A stretch of DNA of 64,000 nucleotides from the human T2T-CHM13v2.0 reference genome, Homo sapiens (GCF_009914755.1 NC_060934.1); one strand, 5' to 3'; counted from the stretch's first letter, positions 1 through 19,884 are shown. Numbers and translations are program-made. The notes: generated by a model from the letters alone, not told the origin.

Positions 1-1953
<1,953 letters not shown>

Positions 1954-3372
1954 AGTCTACAGTAACCAAAACAACATGGTCCTGGTACCAAAACAGAGAT
2001 ATAGATCAATGGAACAGAATAGGGCCCTCAGAAATAATACCACACATCTACAACCATCTGATCTTTGACAAATCTGACAAAAACAAGAAACGGGGAAAGG
2101 ATTCCCTATTTAATAAATGGTGCTGGAAAAACTGGTAAGCCATATGTAGAAAGCTGAAACTGGATTCCTTCTTTACACCTTATACAGACATTAATTCAAG
2201 ATGGATTAAAGACTTAAATGTTAGACCTAAAGCCATAAAAACCCTAGAAGAAAACCTAGGCAATACCATTCAGGACATAGGCGTGGGCAAGGACTTCATG
2301 TCTAAAACACCAAAAGCAATGGCAACAGAAGCCAAAATCGACAAATGGGATCTATTTAAACTAAAGACCTTCTGTACAGCAAAAGAAACTACCATCAGAG
2401 TGAACAGGCAACCTACAGAATGGGAGAAAATTTTTACAATCTACCCATCTGACAAAGGGCTAATATCCAGAATCTACAATGAACTTAAACAAATTTACAA
2501 GAAAAAATCAAACAACCCCATCAAAAATTGGGCAAAGGATATGAACAGATACTTCTCAAAAGAAGACTTTTATGCAGCCAAAAGACACATGAAAAAATGC
2601 TCATCATCACTGGCCATCAGAGAAATGCAAATCAAAACCACAATGAGATACCATCTCACACCAGTAGAATGGCGATCATTAAAAAGTCAGGAAACAACAG
2701 GTGCTGGAGAGGATGTGGAGAAATTGGAATGCATTTATACTGTTGGTGGGACTGTAAACTAGTTCAACCATTGTGGAAGACAGTGTGGCCATTCCTCAAG
2801 GATCTGGAACTAGAAATACAATTTGACCCAGCCATCCCATTACTGGGCATATACCCAAAGGATTATGAATCATGCTGCTATAAAGACACATGCACAGATA
2901 TGTTTATAGCAGCACTATTCACAATAGCAAAGACTGGGAACCAACTCAAATGTCCATCAGTGATAGACTGGATTAAGAAAATATGGCAGATATACACCAT
3001 GGAATACTATGAAGCCATAAAAAAGGATGAGTTCATGTCCTTTGTAGAGACATGGATGAAGCTAGAAACCATCATTCTCAGCAAACTATTGCCAGGACAG
3101 AAAACCAAACACCACATGTTCTCACTCATAGGTGGGAATTGTACAATGAGAACACTTGGACACATGTTGGGGAATATCACACAATGGGGCCTGTCATGGG
3201 GTGGGGGGAGTGGGGAGGGATAGCATTAGGAGACATACCTAATGTAAAAGACGAGTTAATGGTTACAGCACACCAACATGGGACGTGTGTGCATATGTAA
3301 CAAACCTGCACATTGTGCACAAGTACCCTAGAACTTAAAGTATAATAATAATAATAATAATAATTTAAAAAA
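1954..3372 (+). mobile_element. Second L1PA 3' portion (host element interrupted by the L1 at 1-1953), (TAA)n tail
   Basis: Resumes mid-ORF2 (CTACAGTAACCAAAAC) right after the first element's poly(A). ORFs 2283..2762 and 2528..3223 are ORF2 C-terminus. Tail is (TAA)n at 3341-3363. Confidence 0.92.
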
Positions 3373-3677
3373 ATGAAGAGCACCAGAGAAGAAATAAGTG
3401 AAAGTAAAATAAAACATCACTATACCTTGAAAAGAAAAGAACCATTGCTGGGGAACTAGAGTGGTTGTTTGGAGGTAGAAGACACTCTGGCTTTTGGAGT
3501 TGCCAGAGTTCTTGCTCTGGTTCTTTCTCATCTGTGTGGGCTGATGTTCCTTCAATATTTGAAGTTACTGTCTTTTGTGTGACTTTTTTTTTTTTTTGCT
3601 TTTATCTTCTTTGATGTCCTTGGGGGGTTTGATTGTTGTACAAGGTAGGTTCAGTTGACTAGCTGAACTAGACAAAC

Positions 3678-4164
3678 AAAGGTGTGATGGACGGCACCTG
3701 GAAAATTGGGTCACTCCCACCCTAATACTGTGCTTCTCCAATGGTCTTAGCAAACGGCACACCTGGAGATTATATTCCATGCCTGGCTCAGAGGGTCCCA
3801 TGTCTATGGAGCCTCACTCATTGCTAGCACAGCAGTCTGAGATCGAACTGCAAGGTGGCATCGAGGCTGGGGGAGAGGCACCCACCATTGCTGAGTCTTG
3901 AGTAGGTAAACAAAGCAGCCAGGAAGCTCAAACTGGGTGGAGCCCACCACAGCTCAAGGAGGCATGCCTGCCTCTGTAGACTCCACCTCTGGGGGCAGGG
4001 CATAGCTGAACAAAAGGCAGCAGAAAACTCTGCAGACTTAAATGTCTCTATCTGACAGCTTTGAAGAGAGTAGTGGTTCTCCCAGCACGGAGTTTGAGAT
4101 CTGAGAACGGACAGACTGCCTCCTCAAGTGGGTCCCTGACCCCCGAGTAGCCTATCTGGGAGGC
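3678..4164 (+). mobile_element. Isolated internal fragment of L1PA 5'UTR embedded in an older antisense L1 fragment (~3450-4300)
   Basis: CACCTGGAAAATTGGGTCACTCCCACCCTAATACTG...GAGTAGCCTATCTGGGAGGC matches the L1PA 5'UTR. No ORF1 or poly(A) follows. Confidence 0.8.
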
Positions 4165-4319
4165 TTCATTTCTGGGAGATTTTAGGGTGCCAAGACTCAG
4201 CTCAGCACTCCTGGGTTACAGGCTCTAACTCTCAGGGACTAGTATCTGGCTCCCAGCTTTGTTCTCCTACCCTTTGAGGTTAGGAACGTGCTATGCTGAT
4301 GGTAGTATAACTGTTTCCG

Positions 4320-5230
4320 ATTGTATCCTGTTATAATGAGAGCAGATTTTTATTGAATTCGTGCAAATAACCATATTACCATAGAAATACTCATGAATAG
4401 TTTCCCAATTTTGGAGGGATCAAGTAGGGGCAAAAGGTAAAAATTTCTACCTTTATTCACAAAAGTGTACTTTACCAAATTGCTATAAACTATAAATAGC
4501 TGAAAAGTTTCCTTAAATCTGAAAAGCAAAACATTAAAGAATCAACAAGGTTTCAAATAAGTCATAAAAATATCATCTTTATCAGTTATTTGATCTCACA
4601 TAATTATTTTTTTTTCCTGTGGTGGGCTATCATGATGAATATTTACTTAATTTTCATTCTGCTCGATTTGAGTTAGAAGTTGTACAAATCCATCAGTTTC
4701 TTCATTAGAGCCAGGTCTGTGCTATAGGTAATATTACATGCTTTACCTGAATAAATTCCTCTGGGAAAGCTGAGACCCATATATTCAAAATAAGAAAATG
4801 GGCCACATGGTTACACGTCTCACTTAATTCCCTATGGTCATTTGATTTTTCAATTGGTTGCCTTTAAACCTAGGTCCATGGCTTAAAACTATTTTACAAA
4901 CTGAGATTATCATGCTACTATTAATTACTTTGTATTTTCCTTTTTGTGTTTTTACCTGTAACTTGTTAAATTTCTGCAGAAGTGCAATTCCTAACAGAAG
5001 AATGCTGGCCCAGCACTTTGAGATTATAGCCATTATCTACAGAACAGACAAAATTAAACTTAACAGTAAACTCCAGGCAGACAGCCTGGGGACCACTTTT
5101 CTGAAACTTCCTTGTTGCCCAGATGTGGCTAAAAGAGTTTTGGCACTGACTCCTAGTCACCGATCACTTCTTTCCAATATGGGACCAGTCCAAATCGAAT
5201 AGGGACAGCTTCATCTCAGCACCAAGAGAT
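4320..5230. mobile_element. ERV1-class internal fragments including an env TM-like remnant (+ strand, ~4710-5230)
   Basis: 4320-4700 resembles the MER4-group internal sequence at 15660-15950. ORF 4858..5202 begins with LNLGPWLKTILQTEIIMLLLITLYF, which looks like an Env membrane-spanning segment. Confidence 0.55.
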
Positions 5231-5239
5231 CTCAGTATT

Positions 5240-6733
5240 TATCTAAATGAGTTGAAAACTTATTTCTACACAAAAACCCACACATGGGTGATTTTAACAA
5301 CTTTTTGTCATTGCCAAATACTGGAAGCAACCAATATGTTTTTCAATAGGTGAATAAACATGGTGTTAAATCCATGCAATGGAATATTGCTTATTGTTAA
5401 AAAGAAATGAGCTGTCAAGCCATGAAAAGACATAGGAGAAACATGCATACCAGTAACTAAAATAAACTAACCTGAAAAAGCTATATACTGTGTGATTCCA
5501 ACTATATGACATACTGGAAAAGGCAAAACAATGATGACACTAAAATTTTTGCCAAGGGCTTGGGGAAAGAGAGGAATGAATAGGCAGAGCACAGAGGACT
5601 TTTAGGGGATTGAAACTATTCTATATGATACTAACATGCTGGATACATATCATACATTAGTCAAAGCCCATTGAATGTACAACACAAAGAGTGAACCCTA
5701 TATAAGCTGGACTTTGTTGATGGTGATGTGTCAATATTGGTCTATTGATTGTAGCTATGAAACCTCATTGCTGAGAGTAACTAATTGTTGGGGAGGTTAT
5801 CTGTGGGTGAGAGGAGGGAGTATGTGGGAACTGTGTACTTTCCACTTAGTTCTGCTGGGAATCCAAAACAATCCTAAAAAATAAATTCTACTAATTAAAA
5901 AATCCCCACTGTAATCCACAATTCTAGCCAAGCTGTGGAGGGCTTAATGCTGATACTCTTCTGATCATTTTGATTGAGATGTGTGTTTTACAGGATGCGA
6001 TGTGGGATGTCATTAAACTGGGAGTTGAAAAGCTGAAATTTTAACACACTTTTGCATTGGTGGCTCTTTATCTCATTGGGTCAGCAAATGCTCATTCCTA
6101 AAAAAAAAAAAATCAAAATTAGAGGTCCCTCCTATCTTTAACTTATCTATGATTCTTTCATTCTATCAATAGAAAGGTCTAAGCAGGAGACTCATTTCAT
6201 CAAAAGGTAGGAAGGCAAATCAGGGACATTCACTTCTCAAGGAATAAAATGATTGCTGTAAAGAGAGCAATTGACCTTATTTTATCAAAAATAAGATGGT
6301 GTAGTTCTTCTAGAATTTGTAGGTATGGGAGTTAGGTAGTAACTCTTCACCCTGGGTGTAGAATTAACCAAGATCTAGACTCACTCAAGTAATAAAGGTT
6401 GTATAAAACTACACTCTCTGACTCCCATTTTAGTTGATTGGCACTGTAATTATTAACTAAATTAATATTTATTTTGCAAGTCACTCATTAGGCTGAATCG
6501 TGAAATATTGAAACACAGCACACAATCAGTCAATGTTAGCAAACCCAGTTGAATTGAATGTTTTATTTGGGAGAAAGGATGCAAGACTCAGAGGTTATGG
6601 GTTCCATAGCACCTGTAGACACCATGTCCTTGGTCAATACACTGAATTTCTGAGGCCCAGCTTCCTCATCCCTAAAATGAGAGTAGGCAAAAGTAATTGA
6701 GAGAATAATGGGAGTATGATGGGTATGAAAATT
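5240..6733 (+). other. Diverged duplicate of CYP2C9 distal promoter, left half (paralog of ~24460-26317), including the L1MC-type 3' end
   Basis: Colinear matches, e.g. CTGTGGAGGGCTTAATG (5933 vs 25145), TGGGAGTTGAAAA (6019 vs 25232), CTGTAATTATTAA (6444 vs 26009), CAGCTTCCTCAT (6658 vs 26233). Confidence 0.9.
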
Positions 6734-10465
<3,732 letters not shown>

Positions 10466-10469
10466 GTGC

Positions 10470-11580
10470 CTATGTGTGAGAGGAAAACATTTTGTTTCTG
10501 CCTATCTAGGACATGGAGCTGGTGCAGCCCAGTTGCCCTTTGCAGAGATATCAGTGAATCTTACCAGGAGCTCCTCTCACCCATACTCATCAAATCCCAT
10601 GCCTGTGCTCATCACTGAGGTATTTATGGGCAAGCCAGCTTTGCCCAGCTGTGGCCCTGCATCCCCACAGAACAGGAAGCTCAGGGAACTGGGCACTCCA
10701 ATGTCCAGCCTATCACCTGAAACAACAGAGAACATCTCACAGTAAACAAAGATCCACTACATACCCATCTGCTTGTGCCACAGCTGGTTCTTACCTGTAA
10801 GTGCCATCTACTTGCTTGTAAGTTGAGTCAGACAGTTTAATATAAAATCTGCTGACAGAGAGAATAAGGCTATAGAAGAAAATCCAAAAGAACTTACCCA
10901 ATATACTCTACAGTCACACCCCATAGGAAGGGAGAGAAGGATAAAGGAAAAGAAATAATAAGAAAAGGAAAAATTCTATCCACAGAAAATAATTTCAAAA
11001 ATTTAAAGTGGCATCCTCTCCACATGAGAAGGAACCATCATGAGAATTCTGATATTATGAAATATCTGAATTTGTAAACCATCAAAAGATCTTGCTAGCT
11101 CTCCAGAAATGAACCCTAACCAAAATGGGAACTCAGAAATGACATATAAAGAATTCAAAATATAGATTGCAAGGAAGATCAATGAGATTCACGACAAGTT
11201 GAAAATCAACACAAAGGAACTACTAAAGCAACCGGGGAAATGAAGAAAAAGATAAACATCTTTAAAAAATCAATCAAAATTCTGGAATTGAAAAATTCAC
11301 TTAAAGAATTTCAGAATACAATGGAAAGATTTACCAAGAGACTGGATCAAGCAGAAGAAAGAATTTCAGAGTCTGAAGACCAGTCTTTTGAACTAACCCA
11401 GTCAGAGAGAAATAAAGAAAAAGAATTTTAGAAAATGAAGAAAGCTTTGAGAAATATGTGATTATGTCTAGCAATGAAACCTATGAATTATTGGCATTCC
11501 TGAGAGAGAAGATAAAGTAAACCACATGGAAAACATATTTGAGGGAATACTTCAAAAATTTTTTTCAAGAAAAAAAAGCA
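10470..11580 (+). mobile_element. Older L1 5'UTR/ORF1 fragment
   Basis: ORF 11240..11431 (ELKNSLKEFQNTMERFTKRLDQAEERISESED) is the L1 ORF1 coiled coil. Confidence 0.85.
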
Positions 11581-11589
11581 ACAAAGTCT

Positions 11590-12728
11590 CAACGACAGCA
11601 CATCAGTATGCATCATAATTTACTGAATATCTTAAGACCACTTTTGAGATCTACCACTCAGAAAAAAATTCTTTTGAAAATATTACTGCTCCTTGACAAT
11701 GCTCCTAATCATGGCACCCATGAGCTCTGATGGAGATGGATCAGGAGATGTTCTTTTCATTACTGATGACACAACATTTATTCTGCAGTCATGAATCAAG
11801 TAGTAAATTCAACTTGTAAGTCTTATTATTTGATAAGTACATTTCAGAAGGCTATACCTACCAGAGATACTGATTCCTCTGGTTAATGTGGGCAAAGTAA
11901 ATTAAAAACATTTTGAAAAAGATTAAGAACATTTGTAATTCATGGGAGGATTTAAACTATCAATATTAACCTGAGTTGGAAGAAATTGATCCCAACCATC
12001 ATAGATGACTTGGAGGGGTTCAAGACTTCAGTAAAGAAAGTAAATGCAGATGTGGTGGAAATAGTAAGAAAATTAGAAGTGGAGGTTGAAAACGTGACTA
12101 AATTGCTGCAATCTTATGATCAAACTCTACTGGATGAGAAGTTACTTGCTTCTTACAGATAAGCAGTGAAATTGTTTCCTTGACAATGAATCTACTACTG
12201 TTGAACATTGTTAAAATGACAAAAAAGGGTTTAAAATATTACATAAACTTTGTTGGTGAAGAAGCAGTGAGATTTCAGAGGATTGATTCCAATTTTGGAA
12301 GAAGTTTTACTGTGGATGAAAAGTTATCAAACAGCATCACATGCTATAGAAAAATCTTTCATAAAAGGAAGAGTCAATTAATGTGGCAAGCTTCATTGTT
12401 GTCTTATTTTAAGAAATTTTCACAGCCACTCAAAGATTCAGCAAGCACTACCATGATCAGTCAGCAACCAACACTGAGGTAAGACCCTCCACTAGCAACA
12501 AGATTATGACTTGCTGAAGACTCTAATGATCACTAGCATTTTGTAGTCATAAAGTATTTTAAAATTGTTATGCACACTTTTTAGATGTAACGCTATTGCA
12601 CACTTAGTGTAAATATAACTTTTATACATACTAGGAAACCAAAAAATTCATGTGTCCTGCTCTATTGAAATATTTGCATTATTGTGGTGGTCTGGAATTG
12701 AGCACATAATATCTTCAAGATATGCCTG
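11590..12728 (+). mobile_element. Tigger1 DNA transposon, 3' part
   Basis: Transposase remnant KILLLLDNAP (pogo/Tigger DDE motif) in ORF 11539..11730. Ends in the terminal repeat ...GATATGCCTG at 12728. Confidence 0.9.
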
Positions 12729-12729
12729 G

Positions 12730-13395
12730 TGATCCTCATAACAAAAAAATGTAGTTTTCCATTCCGTTTTGTACATTGTAGTCATTCTGTATTGTCTGTC
12801 TGTTTAATAATATACCTACCTCCCATATACCACTGAAGCACATTTTTTTGCTGTTCTATCATCTCCCTTTCTTGGTGTATATTACTTTATTCTATTATTT
12901 CTGACAATGACAGGGCAAAAAAGTTACAGATACAGCTATTTCTGGAGGTGACTAAGAGATGGGAGAAGCCATAATTTCTCAAGTGTTCTCTACTAAATTC
13001 TCTGAGATTGGCTCTTCTATTGGTTATTCTGAGCATGTCTTACTTCTGCAGTAATGGAGAGAGGAAAACACTGTATTTTTTCCATCTTCTTGAACACCTG
13101 TGACCTTTGTCTCCTTGGAGTGAAATAACAGTCTTCTATATGATGTGATGACTTTTTTGATGAAGGAACAGAATTACTAGAGTACACATTCAGGGCAACT
13201 AATGCTTTTGGAGTTTGTTTTGTTTTGCTAAAATTGCTCTTGAGGCAGCTGTGGTATAAGCAATAATGTACCACAATGCAAATCATAAGATCTCCATTCA
13301 AATCCGAGTTCTGCCACATAACAAGATATGAGACACTAGATAGATCTCCCTTTCCCCATTTGAAAAATAAAAAAATATTATTCTTTGCCTTCTAG
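12730..13395 (+). other. Diverged duplicate of CYP2C9 upstream region, right half (paralog of ~26528-27170)
   Basis: Colinear matches: CCTACCTCCCAT (12815 vs 26609), TCTGGAGGTGACT (12941 vs 26730), ACTTCTGCAGT (13042 vs 26814), TTTTGCTAAAATTG (13223 vs 26982), CCCATTTGAAAAATAAAAAA (13355 vs 27130). Confidence 0.9.
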
Positions 13396-13429
13396 TGCTT
13401 TGGAAAAAGCTTAATGATAAAGTAGTGAA

Positions 13430-13955
13430 AATTCTCTTTAGTTGCTTTCAGAAACTCTGTCATTGTCTTTTGAAAATTAAGTTATAATGTGTCTTGATGT
13501 GGGTCTCTGAGGATACATTCATTGGAGTTTCTTGAGCTTCTTTAATGTTTATATTCATAACTGTCATCAAATTTGGGTAGTTTTAAATGACTGTTTCTTT
13601 AAATATTCCGTCTATTTATCCTTTTTCTTCCTTGGATTTCCATAATGCATATGTTGGTCTGCTTGATGGGCTCCCACAGATCCCTTAGGCTCTATTTAAT
13701 TTTCTTTAATCTTCTTTTCCATCTGTTTATCAGGCTTGATACTTTCCACTGACCTATCTTCATGGTCTCTGATTCTTTCTTCTGCCTGCTCAAATCTGCT
13801 TTTGAATCCCACTAGTGAATTTTTAATCTCAGTTATTACACTTTTAAGCTCTAGAATTTCTTTTTGGTTTAATTTCAGGTTTTTTATCTCCTTATTAATA
13901 TTTATATTTTGTTCATACATCTTTTTTTAAAACCTTTATCGTATCTTACTTTAGT
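13430..13955 (-). mobile_element. Ancient L1M ORF1 fragment
   Basis: ORF 13696..13920 (EILELKSVITEIKNSLVGFKSRFEQAEERI) is L1 ORF1. Confidence 0.85.
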
Positions 13956-13956
13956 T

Positions 13957-14567
13957 TGTGAACTCAAAATATCTGAGACAAGTCTCAGTCAATTTAGGAA
14001 GCTTATTTTGCCAAGATTAAGGACACACCCATGACACAACTTCAGGAGATCCTGATAACATGTGGTCAAAGTCATCAGGGAACAGCTTAGTTTTATACAT
14101 TTTGGGGACACATGAGACATCAATCAATATATGTAAGATGCGCATTCATTTAGTCTGGAAAGATGGGACAACTCAAAGTGGGGAGGGGGGTTCCAGGACA
14201 TAGGTAGATAAAAGACAAATGGTTGCATTCTTTTGGGTTTCTGATTAGCCTTTCACTGAATACACAATTTACAGGAATAGTCGCTTATTCCTTAGAGTGG
14301 CTTAGTAAAACAATAAGGCAGGGGAAGCAATCAGATATTCATTTGTCTCACATAAACAGAGAGATGACTTTGAGTTCTGTCTGTCCCTTGTCCACAAGTG
14401 ATTTTCTTGTGGGCAAATTGTGAGGGAGGTATGTAGCTTTTTAAGCTCTTTGTAGCAATCTTATTTAGGAATAGAATGAGAGGCAGGTTTGCCCAACATG
14501 GTTCCCAGCTTGACTTTTCCCTATGGCTTAGTGATCTGGAGACCCTAAGATGTATTTTCCTTTCACA
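13957..14567 (-). mobile_element. MER4A-type LTR (3' LTR of an ERV1 provirus remnant)
   Basis: Minus strand starts TGTGAAAGGAAAATA...GGAAAAGTCAAGCTGGGAAC, with TG...CA termini. It is preceded on the minus strand by a purine tract. Confidence 0.8.
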
Positions 14568-17345
14568 TTTTCCAGCTTTTTTTTTTTTTCTCTTGGAAAA
14601 AGCATTTCTCAAGAAAATGAGTCTCTGGTTTCAGGTTTTGTCTGATCTCTCATGGTTAGGACAATGTATTCCAAGATGGATAGGTCCCATATTATTAGGA
14701 AAGCTCATTTTTAACAGGTGGTAAAGTCTCACATTTTATGAAGAGAAAATCAGAAGAAGAAGGGAGAAAAACAACAACAAACAACAACAACAAAAAGAAC
14801 AATCCTGGAAAATTGATATATTACCCTGAAGTCCATACTTTAGTAGACAGGTATGAAAGTGGTTTATGTATGTAAATAGGTTACTGTTATTTTCTTCTGA
14901 AGTTTAAGTTGTCTAGCTTCAGTTTGCAGAACTTTAAGAAAGAATAGCTTAAATTTTAGTTGCCTCAAATAAGGAAAAAATGGGGAAAAAATGAAAGGAA
15001 ACAAGAAAAAAAGAAAAACATTATTTTAGAGAATTGTAGGCAGGAAAAATTCTCAAATTCAGGCCAAACTTTAGAAAATAATAAAAATTGAAAATTATTA
15101 GGCAAGACTACAATCTAAAAACAATTGTGCTATAGCTTATTGTGAAACATAATTTTTCTCTTTGTAGTCCCATTTTCACTAAAGACAAATCATAGGACAA
15201 ATTCATTTGCAAAATAAGTTTTAGTCTTATACTTGGCCAGAGTATTTGCATAAAGTCAGCAAGAATAATTGTTTGCCATTTAGGCTCCTTTTTTTTTTGG
15301 TTTAAATTGGTTTTGCTAGAACTTTATGTCATAAAAAATCTCAGATTTAGCTTTAATGCCTTAGGCCCAGCTTGTACCTGCAAATTCCTGTGTCAATTGG
15401 ATGAATTCCTCACCTCAAGGTCCCAGGAAAATTTGGGGCTCCTGGGCTGTCAGAAAATGACATTCTTTAATTATCCTGGGACAGAAATTTGTACAGTGAC
15501 TGTGTAAACCAGGTATGAGGCCAGCTTTCCCAGGGGCACTTTTATTGGCTCTACAAGTCAATTTTGATTCCTTACAAGAGCCTGTTTGTAGCTGAATGCA
15601 TGCCATTCCAGTCAAAACCTTGTAAAATAACCAGGATCTCCAACTGTGTCCTGTTACAAAAGAAAATAAATTCTTATTAATCTTATGTAAGTAACTGTAT
15701 TGTTATAAGTTAAGAATACTCATGGCTAGCTTCCAAGTTTTGAAGAAATCAGGTAGAAAGAAATATGCTCCAAATTTTGTTTATACTGTACTCAATTATT
15801 AAAAGCTGCATATAGCTCAAAAGAAAAGTTTCCTTGGCTCTGAAAAACAGACAAAGGATTAGCAATGTTTTAAGCCAAATGTCATAAAATAATTATTTCA
15901 GTCTTCTGTTAGTTCAGCTCATGCAGTTAACTGTTGTTTTGCTTGATATTCATGAATATTTCAGTTCTCCATGGGAGTCTTGGAAGTTTTTCCTTTATTC
16001 TAGTGTCACAATCTCCAAAGTTATCAGAAACCTGCATTCAAGCACACTTGTCAGAGTCTTATAGCTGATTATAAAACCACCTTTTGAAAAGGATAAAAGT
16101 AAAACAGCTGTGGATGACAAAAGTCTCAGAACAGTCATAATTAAATATACAATTGACAAGGAAATTTGGTTAATTCTATGGCATATAACAATTTTACATA
16201 ATAATCAAAATTACTACTGATAACATATGCTAAGACATATCAGAAACACAGGAATTTCATAGAATTCTGGAACACATACTAGTAACACATTTATATAAAT
16301 ATAATCCAAAGAAGGCTAAACACCACTTTATATATGACAATATTTTCTGTATGATTTTATTATATCAAATAAGCCAAATATATCTCTTTTGGACTTCAGA
16401 GGATGAATATCAAAAAATTAATGAGGACCAAAGATAGAATTTGATTTTGGAAAGTTTGTTAAATATAAAATGTTTAAGACACTTGATATCACAAAATAGG
16501 ATCACAGGTCATTGTAAAATAAGTCATTCATTTAACCAAAGTGATAACTCAAAGATTTGAGAAAAAAAAGTTGAAAACCTTTATTCTTTGTGAGAGAAAA
16601 TACAATTTCCCAAACTATAAGTCCTAATAAAGACAGCATGAGGCCAGTTAAATTTGTTTTTCAAAAATTTATTAAAAATCTATGAAGTTTTGATCATCTT
16701 GACCATAAGATATATCTTTTTTTTTTTTCAAGATGGAGTCTCACTCTGTCACCCAGGCTAGAGGGCAGTGTCACACTCTCAGCTCACTGCAACATCCACC
16801 CCCCTGCTTCAAGCTATTTTCCTGCCTCAGCCTCCTGAGTAGTTGGGATTACAGGTACACACCACCACACCTGGCTAATTTTTTGTATTTTTAGTGGAGA
16901 TGGGGTTTCACCATGTTGACCAGGTCAGTCTTGAACTTCTGACCTCAGATGATTCACCTGCCTCAGGCTCCCAAACTGCTGGGATTACAGGCATGAGCCA
17001 CTGTGCCCGGCCCATAAGCCTTTTATGTAACCTTTATAACCTTTTATTTAGGAGTGGGTTAACGCTGCAAGAAAACCTTGTTAATCTGACACAGGGCCCC
17101 ATGTGCTGGTCTTGCCTTTGACATTAATGGTTAATTTATAGAGAAAAAACATATTTTTTCTCTCAAAATCGACCCTCACAATCTCATGTGCCCACCTCTT
17201 CCATGATAGTCCCTGCGCTTTGAGGAGTTGCATAGTTTTAATTTCTGGCCTGTGTCTCACAAATGAAGTTTATTTTGATTGGTATCTTCTACTGGGTCTG
17301 AAGATGAGGCTTTAACTGGTTTCAGTGTTTAAGATTAAGCAAGAC
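14568..17345 (-). mobile_element. MER4-group ERV internal sequence (non-coding, degraded), with an Alu inside
   Basis: Contiguous with the LTR/PPT. AT-rich MER4-int-like sequence with no intact gag/pol ORF. Confidence 0.65.
16717..17012 (-). mobile_element. AluS element
   Basis: T-run followed by a reverse-complement Alu body ending GCCCGGCC. Confidence 0.95.
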
Positions 17346-18502
17346 TTGGTGTCTGCCAGGCGAGGTGTCGGAGCCCTGGCATTGGAAAGTGGTGGACTTG
17401 TGGGTTGGTAAGAAGAATTTACCGATGCCAGTATAGGGTTGGGAGCTAAAGGACAATTTGCATAATACATGATTACATTTGTAGACATTTTGGTGCCTTA
17501 ATGTCAGCAGGGGTTGAACGAGTTTTGGCATCATGCATTCTGGAGATATATAGAAATTCTAGTTACTTATAAGTTAAAGTAAGTGAAACCAGGTGCCAAT
17601 TTTAGATAATAGGGAAGCCCAATTACTTCTAAAATTCTTAGGTAAGGAGTATTAGTCTCCTTGTCCTTGAGGTTCTCAGGACTCTCCTGTGGCTAGGATC
17701 TCAAGAATCCTTTGTAGGAATGCAGAGTACCAGGGGTCTCTTACTTACTTTTCCCCAAAATAGGGAGACTCCCCAGGCTCCCAGATAATCCTGGTCCAGC
17801 AGGCTGCCTCACTTTTCTCTACTTCCTTCCTTTACATGTTTCTGGCAACCGCTCTGTTGAATTCAAACATCTTCTCTTAGATGATCTATTCAATGTGTGA
17901 TTATCTACTCATTATTTTGGTTACTTTTTGTGGAGGAAGTGAGTGCCAGATCTAATCAGTAATGTTGCATCCCTTCATTTGTTTTTAAAGTTTGTTTGCT
18001 GTAGGCTGTCTCTGTGCCACTTATTAGCCCAAGGTATTAACGTAAGGTCTATTCAAGACCTTAGTGAAGACTTTGCTGTGGCATGTGTGTTAAGTGTCTA
18101 ATTTTTCCCACATAGCCAGTTTTTAAATGTCTTAGTCTTTAATGTCTATCTCCCAAAAGGGAAAAAAGAGAAACACAAATAGGAGAGGGAAAAGGTGTCA
18201 GTCCTTTAAATACCCTGGAAGTCACTTGTTGGGGGAGCTTGCCAAGACTTGGGGGAATTGTAGCAATAATGGGTTCCCAATCTGTGTCTGTACCTAAGTT
18301 TTCAAAAGCAGCAGTCATCAGAGGACAGGTCTTCAATATTCAGAAGATAGGTTCTTTTTTGCCCATCCCAGCTCCTGCAAGCTGTGAATAAGCTGCTCCA
18401 GGAACATGTGTACAGCTTCCTGCCAGGGGCTGAAGTATGGGGCATTGGTAGGTGCCACTGTGCTAAGAACTGAAATTGACAAAATTGGTTTTTTTTTTAT
18501 AG

Positions 18503-18710
<208 letters not shown>

Positions 18711-18719
18711 TTCTTAAAT

Positions 18720-19577
<858 letters not shown>

Positions 19578-19884
19578 TATTAAAAGTATTGGAAAAAATC
19601 CCACCCATCTTGATTTGTGTATCTGGCAAAATTCTCCTTCACAAGTGATGGAGAAATAAAGATTCTCACACAAAAAAATTGAGAAAATTTATCTCTAGTT
19701 CCTGCCTTGCAAAAAATGTTAAATAAAGTTCTTCAGAGAGAAGAAAATGGTGTAAGTCAATCACTGATCTACATGAGGAAAGGAAGGGAGTTAGTGAAGG
19801 AATAATAAAAGGAACATAACATTTTTATTTTCTTATTGATTGGTCTAACAGACAACACTTTTTTCAAAATAATAACAATAACAT

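Noticed and set aside
4330-4700. Similarity to 15660-15950 suggesting another local duplication
   Set aside because: Both appear to be MER4-group ERV internal sequence. Family-level homology explains it.
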